Assembly (NCBI GenBank): GCA_032718475.1
Contig: JAUCBJ010000998.1
Coordinates: 37,441-101,440 of the forward strand
Origin: Nemertoderma westbladi
Lineage: Eukaryota > Animalia > Xenacoelomorpha
Reading direction: 5' to 3'
DNA length: 64,000 nucleotides
Shown here piece after piece: positions 58,410-64,000 of this stretch; the first letter of the stretch is position 1; each line of letters begins with the position of its first letter. The notes beneath the pieces were generated by a model. The model was not told the origin of the DNA. It saw only the letters and a program-made list of their open reading frames with translations, and made no database searches. The translations under genes and the position numbers were made by a program.

Positions 58410-59701
58410 ACACGTTCGTGGGGCCTTCGCGCAGCACGAGGCCCAGTTATGAGATACAAATTAATATCGAGCGACTGTATCACAAAATCAGTATTTAGCT
58501 TTATAAATTAGTAAAATTTAGAAATTTAACCACACCGCCAATCAATCAAAAAAAGAGGGACAGTACGTGTTCAGCCCTTTAAATCTGCACCCCACCCCAC
58601 CCCACCCCACCCCACCCCACCCCACCCCACCCCACCCCACCCCACCCCACCCCACCCCACCCCACCCCACCCCACCCCCCCCCCCCCCCTTCCCACCCAC
58701 CAATACATAACCGCGACATCTACCACCCACGGAAGGTAGCACGAACTTATTTCCAATCGCACGTTCAATATGCGAAGCCAGGTGGTTTATAGGAATATAA
58801 TCTACGCAGTACTAAATACAGTCGATGCAGTAATGAATGATATTCAAATAATTTATTTAATATACTGTTAATGCCTCTGAAAACTTAGACAATTAAAATA
58901 CACAGAAATCCCATCAAAAAATAATAAGCATAATATTTTGAGAAATAAACAATTTTGGATATAAGCCTTCTGCAGTGGTAATCTTATTGACTGACAATCA
59001 TTAAATGAGATCTGTCTATTACCTGAGACTAAAGAACACAGACTCTATAGTGTAATAGGAGGTAGGGAATGCAGGTTTCAATCTCGTTAGGTCTAGCTGG
59101 CAGCCGTGTGGCTAGTTACATACAACCCCCCTCCACTGGCATTCCCAGCAACTGGCTCCCTTACACACACATCCCCCATCTATGTACCAGCCAACTTGCA
59201 AGTTGGCCAATAAATGATCAGTATTTAATGAGAATCCATTTTTTATGCCGTTTTAATTACTTTAGATCAATTAAAGACACAATTATTAAAGCAAATCACT
59301 TGAACTAATTAAAAACTATAATAGAATGGCGTATGTGGATTACATCTGTATAATTTTTAATTATAATTATTTAAATCTTATACTGTAAAACAATTAATTT
59401 CCTTTAAAAGGCAGGTTGAAAATGGTGTTTTCACCGTAATCAACTTAATTAACTAATTAACTGCTATTATCTTAGCTTCTCGAAGGCCACACGGAAATTC
59501 TACTTGGAAAATTTCTAAACTTTTGCCAAACAACATGTGTACCAAGTTTGGATAGATTTCATCAAAGATTGGCTGAGTTATTAACGTTTAAAATTGAACA
59601 CGACAGAACGACAGAACGACAGAACGACAGAACGACAGAACGACAGGTTGATTAATGGTACCACTACGCTAAGGCTCACTCACTTCGTGGCTCGCCCCAC
59701 A
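58410..59701. mobile_element. Non-autonomous ~1.3-kb element with (CCCCA)n and (GACAGAAC)n tracts
   Basis: Interrupts a local repeat whose empty form GAACAGGTTACAGTTAAATTTTT is at ~60484. Ends ACACGTTCGTGGGGCC... and ...GGCTCGCCCCACA. Confidence 0.7.
58588..58688. repeat. (CCCCA)n microsatellite plus poly-C
   Basis: About 17 perfect CCCCA units. Confidence 0.95.
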
Positions 59702-61749
59702 GTTAAATTTTTTAGAGTAATCACCTGTTATTTGCGTCGAATTTTCCACTGGAGAGGGATGAATTTATTGCGTATTCATGCATTGGTTGTAATTATTAAG
59801 CCTAAACGAAGCAAAATTTAGCGCCATTTAGCAGTGGTAAGAGCTTTAAGTACTGGATAACAATTCATACATAACTCTAATTAAGTTTCATCAATATTCA
59901 TGCAATGGTTGAAATTGGAGCAGCAGGTTACAGTGGCATGTTATTTTAACCAAAACAATAAACTAAATACAATAGACCAGGTTTAATACAGTAATACAGT
60001 AATACCGGTATGGACCATCACATAATTCAGCATCAGCTGTACCGTCAACATACCCTGTTTGCTTTAGAAGCATTGCAGATTGTCTTTATAATTAGATGAG
60101 TGATCCTTGATGAAAGAATTTTGGTGGTCTAACTAATTTCTAACTAATAATAATTAAGTGACAGTTTCTAACATTCAGTTCAACTGAAAGGGGTCAACTC
60201 ACCAACTATAAAATAGTTGGCATCTTAATACCAACCCGAAAAGAGTTGTCACATGATTATTATTATATACATAAGTACATAGCATATAACATTTACTACA
60301 CAACGTATCACTCATCTAATTATAAAGACAATACCAGTATAGATATACGTAAGAGCTTTTAGTAATGGAGAACCATTCATACATAACTATAAGTAAGTTT
60401 CATCAAAATTCATACAGTGGTTGAAATTGGAGCACGTTACAGTGGCACTTTATTTTAACCAAAACAATAAACTAAATACAATAGAACAGGTTACAGTTAA
60501 ATTTTTGAGAGTAATCACCTGTTATTTGCGTTGAATATGGTATCTGGGCACATAATTATGGGGTCTTTGGGCAAAACAAGAGTCAGTAAGTAAGACCAGA
60601 TGAAAATATATTTAGCAACATCTAGCGGTATAAAATGATATTGAGTGGATGGAGGGAAGAGATAATTAACATCATCTAGTAGTAGACCATTAAATTGTGT
60701 ATCACCACCAGTCACAACTTACAACTCACAACTTTAATTCAAAACCATTAATAGTAATGGGGAACAATTCATACATAACTCTAAGAAAATTTCATCGAAA
60801 TTCATGCAGTGGTTGACATTGACACTGACATTGACATTGACAGTGGCACTTTATTTTAACCAAAACAATAAACTAAACACAATAGAACAAAGAGGTTACA
60901 GTTTTTTTGTCATTAAAAATGCCATATAAAATGAAATTGAGTGGATGGAGGGAAGATATAATTAACATCACCTAGTGGTAGTCCATGAAATTGGGAATCA
61001 ACTCAATCAGATTGTCTTCTTGATATGATATACAAATCTACTTAGTAATCTTCTACTTAGTGTGCAACTTAGTACTTAGTATTCAACATATATTCTACTC
61101 AGTAATATCACTAATTATTGTCTTCTACTCAATATGTGATATACTGAGTGAGTGTGTGTTATATGCAGTATGTGATCTACCCAGTGTGGATTCTATTCAG
61201 AATCTGTTTTTCTCAGTAATATAACTAATTGTTGTGTTCTACTCAGTATGAGATATATTCAGTGAGTGTAGTGTGTCTTACATTCAGATGTATTTTACTC
61301 AGTTTGTTTTTCTACTGTGTATGTTTTCTACTCAGAATATTTTTCTACTCAGTATGTTTTCTACTCAGTGTGTTTTCTACATTTTCTCTACTACATTCAA
61401 TATCTCAGACTCAGACTGAATAGACTGAGACGAATTGTATGAATAATATCTTGAGTTATCTGGAAATTGATGTTTATTGGAATCAATTAATTCCATCACA
61501 GTGTCTTATGACATGATACAAAAATCTACTTAGTAATCTTCTACTTAGTGTGCATTCAGTGTATTCTACTCAGTAATATAACTAATTGTTGTGTTCTACT
61601 CAGTATGTGATTTACTAAGTGTGAGTTATACAAGTGTGTGTTATACGCAATGTGTTTTCTACTCAGTTGGTTTTCTACTCAGCATGTTTTCAAATCAGTG
61701 TGTTTTCTACTCAGTGCGGTAGGTGATTCGATCCCTGAAGAGTCTGCAG

Positions 61750-62120
61750 GTTGGTGAGTCGGTTAATCAGGTGTCTGGAGTCGGTGAGTCAGTTCCTTCG
61801 GTGTCTGGGGTTGGTGAGTCGTTTCATCAAGTGACTGGAGTCAGTAACTCGGTTCCTTCAGTGTCTGGAGTGAGTGAGTCTGTCCCTTCAGTGTCTTGGG
61901 TTGGTGAGTCGGTCCCTCAAGTGTCTGGGATTGGTGATTCGGTCCCTCAAGTGTCTCTGGTTGGCGATTCAGGGTCTAGACTCGGTGAGTCTGTTCCTTC
62001 GGTGTTTGGAGATGGTGAGTCGGTCCGTTCAGTGTCTGGAGTCGGTGAGTCAGTCCCTTCAGTGTCTGGAGTCGGTCCCTTCAGTGTCTGGAGTCGGGGA
62101 GTCGGTTCATTCGGTGTCTG
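61750..62120. repeat. 30-bp degenerate minisatellite
   Basis: GTGTCTGGAGTCGGTGAGTCAGTTCCTTCA-like units, ~12 copies. Confidence 0.88.
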
Positions 62121-62639
62121 ATTTTAGGATTAATCAAATATTGATAGAGATATGATTAGATTTCATTCAAATAAATATCTTAAATCTTGAAATGTAAAAT
62201 AACAAACACCCACAATATTTAGAAGCTTTTATTGGTACTAATTAAGTACCCATTATACAGGTTGGTACCACGAAAGTACCCTTTATACAGGACTATTAGT
62301 CCGTATAGTTAGCCACTCATTGCTGAGTGTGACTGTACAAACTCAATGATGAGTTTCTTGTACATTTTTATACTCCAAGGAGTTTTATCTGTAGCTCCTG
62401 GTTATATAGGGTGTTTGTTATCCGATATATTTTTTATCGGATTTTTTATTGTTTAAAATTCATACTCTTATCATACCTTAAGCAATAATTGAATAAATAA
62501 TTTATTTTTGTGTGTAGTTGTATGTGGGGGTGATCAAGTCAGTGTATGTAACTGTATGTTATATGCAGTGTGTGTTTTATTCATTCTGCATTATATTCTC
62601 AGTATATGTTCAACTCTATAAGGTAACTAACTAATTGTT

Positions 62640-62795
62640 GTACTATATTCAGTGTGCACTGAAAAAATATGGCCTCCATCCGCCCCTTTAGCCATACCAA
62701 TCTCCACCTTTATTATAGTATGATATTCAGTGTGCACTGAATAAATATGGCCTCCATCCTCCCCTTTAGCCATACCAATCTCCACCTTTATTATA
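62640..62795. repeat. 78-bp tandem duplication
   Basis: ATATTCAGTGTGCACTGAA...CCCCTTTAGCCATACCAATCTCCACCTTTATTATA occurs twice. Confidence 0.85.
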
Positions 62796-63056
62796 CTGCA
62801 ACCCATCAATAATTGGTTGGCCTCTCAGCCAAACATCATCCTCTCTTAATATTAGTAATCATCTCATTGTATTTTATAATAAATCCTGAATAGTTTCCAG
62901 AATGTTACAATGATCTAATATTATTGTATTGATTGATTGGGCTGCCAGTATAATTTACTATACTACTTCCTATTCCTAGCAAGTAATGCTGGTTGGTAAG
63001 TAGGTACTATGCCATAATATTATTTCTGAAATAATAATAGCAACTCTGTTTTAGTA

Positions 63057-64000
63057 TGTGGGGCGAGCCACGAAGTGAGTGAGCCTTAGCGTAGTGGTAC
63101 CATTAATCAACCTGTCGTTCTGTCGTTCTGTCGTTCTGTCGTTCTGTCGTTCTGTCGTTCTGTCGTGTTCAATTTTAAACGTTAATAACTCAGCCAATCT
63201 TTGATGAAATCTATCCAAACTTGGTACACATGTTGTTTGGCAAAAGTTTAGAAATTTTCCAAGTAGAATTTCCGTGTGGCCTTCGAGAAGCTAAGATAAT
63301 AGCAGTTAATTAGTTAATTAAGTTGATTACGGTGAAAACACCATTTTCAACCTGCCTTTTAAAGGAAATTAATTGTTTTACAGTATAAGATTTAAATAAT
63401 TATAATTAAAAATTATACAGATGTAATCCACATACGCCATTCTATTATAGTTTTTAATTAGTTCAAGTGATTTGCTTTAATAATTGTGTCTTTAATTGAT
63501 CTAAAGTAATTAAAACGGCATAAAAAATGGATTCTCATTAAATACTGATCATTTATTGGCCAACTTGCAAGTTGGCTGGTACATAGATGGGGGATGTGTG
63601 TGTAAGGGAGCCAGTTGCTGGGAATGCCAGTGGAGGGGGGTTGTATGTAACTAGCCACACGGCTGCCAGCTAGACCTAACGAGATTGAAACCTGCATTCC
63701 CTACCTCCTATTACACTATAGAGTCTGTGTTCTTTAGTCTCAGGTAATAGACAGATCTCATTTAATGATTGTCAGTCAATAAGATTACCACTGCAGAAGG
63801 CTTATATCCAAAATTGTTTATTTCTCAAAATATTATGCTTATTATTTTTTGATGGGATTTCTGTGTATTTTAATTGTCTAAGTTTTCAGAGGCATTAACA
63901 GTATATTAAATAAATTATTTGAATATCATTCATTACTGCATCGACTGTATTTAGTACTGCGTAGATTAATATTCCTATAAACCACCTGGCTTCGCATATT
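63057..64000. mobile_element. Inverted near-identical copy of 58767-59701, running off the window end
   Basis: Reverse complement. The same 79-aa spurious ORF appears at 59069(+) and 63697(-). Confidence 0.9.

Noticed and set aside
58542-58768. GGVGW-repeat ORFs, or telomere-like repeat
   Set aside because: Translation of a (CCCCA)n microsatellite inside a non-autonomous element; not a telomere motif I can support here.
61723-62155. 132-aa ORF with VSGVGESVPS repeats
   Set aside because: Arises from a 30-bp minisatellite with a non-ATG start and no splice or homology support. A coding exon cannot be fully excluded.
58767-64000. Inverted ~940-bp arms as the TIRs of a second Polinton or large DNA transposon
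   Set aside because: The element terminus is at the inner ends of the arms and the spacer has no coding capacity. Two oppositely oriented copies of one small element fit better.

Overview
AT-rich animal genomic DNA, probably an invertebrate, made up mostly of transposons. The centrepiece is a full-length Polinton/Maverick (adintovirus-like) provirus at 7090-23149 (16,060 bp). It has ~1.1-kb terminal inverted repeats starting AGTAGT and a perfect 6-bp TSD (TACGTG). It carries protein-primed PolB (four lesions), a packaging ATPase, an integrase with chromodomain, two minor-capsid paralogues, a major capsid protein, an adenain protease and core-like proteins. Unexpectedly, it also encodes a divergent TATA-box-binding-protein (TBP)-like ORF directly after PolB, and a 570-aa ORF with PC4-like segments whose start codon overlaps the inner edge of the right TIR. 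Together these suggest an element-encoded transcription module. The Polinton and a palindromic hAT-type MITE are both inserted in one Penelope retroelement. Downstream are two paralogous C2H2 zinc-finger genes; the second has 15-16 tandem 45-aa repeats with SUMO consensus sites, 27 in-frame fingers and ~5 kb of decayed fingers. The rest of the window holds a fold-back Penelope fragment, an apparently intact intron-containing piggyBac (46266-50271), RTE and CR1/L2 LINE remnants, MITEs, segmental duplications and minisatellites. All protein family calls come from motif recognition by eye, not from database searches.
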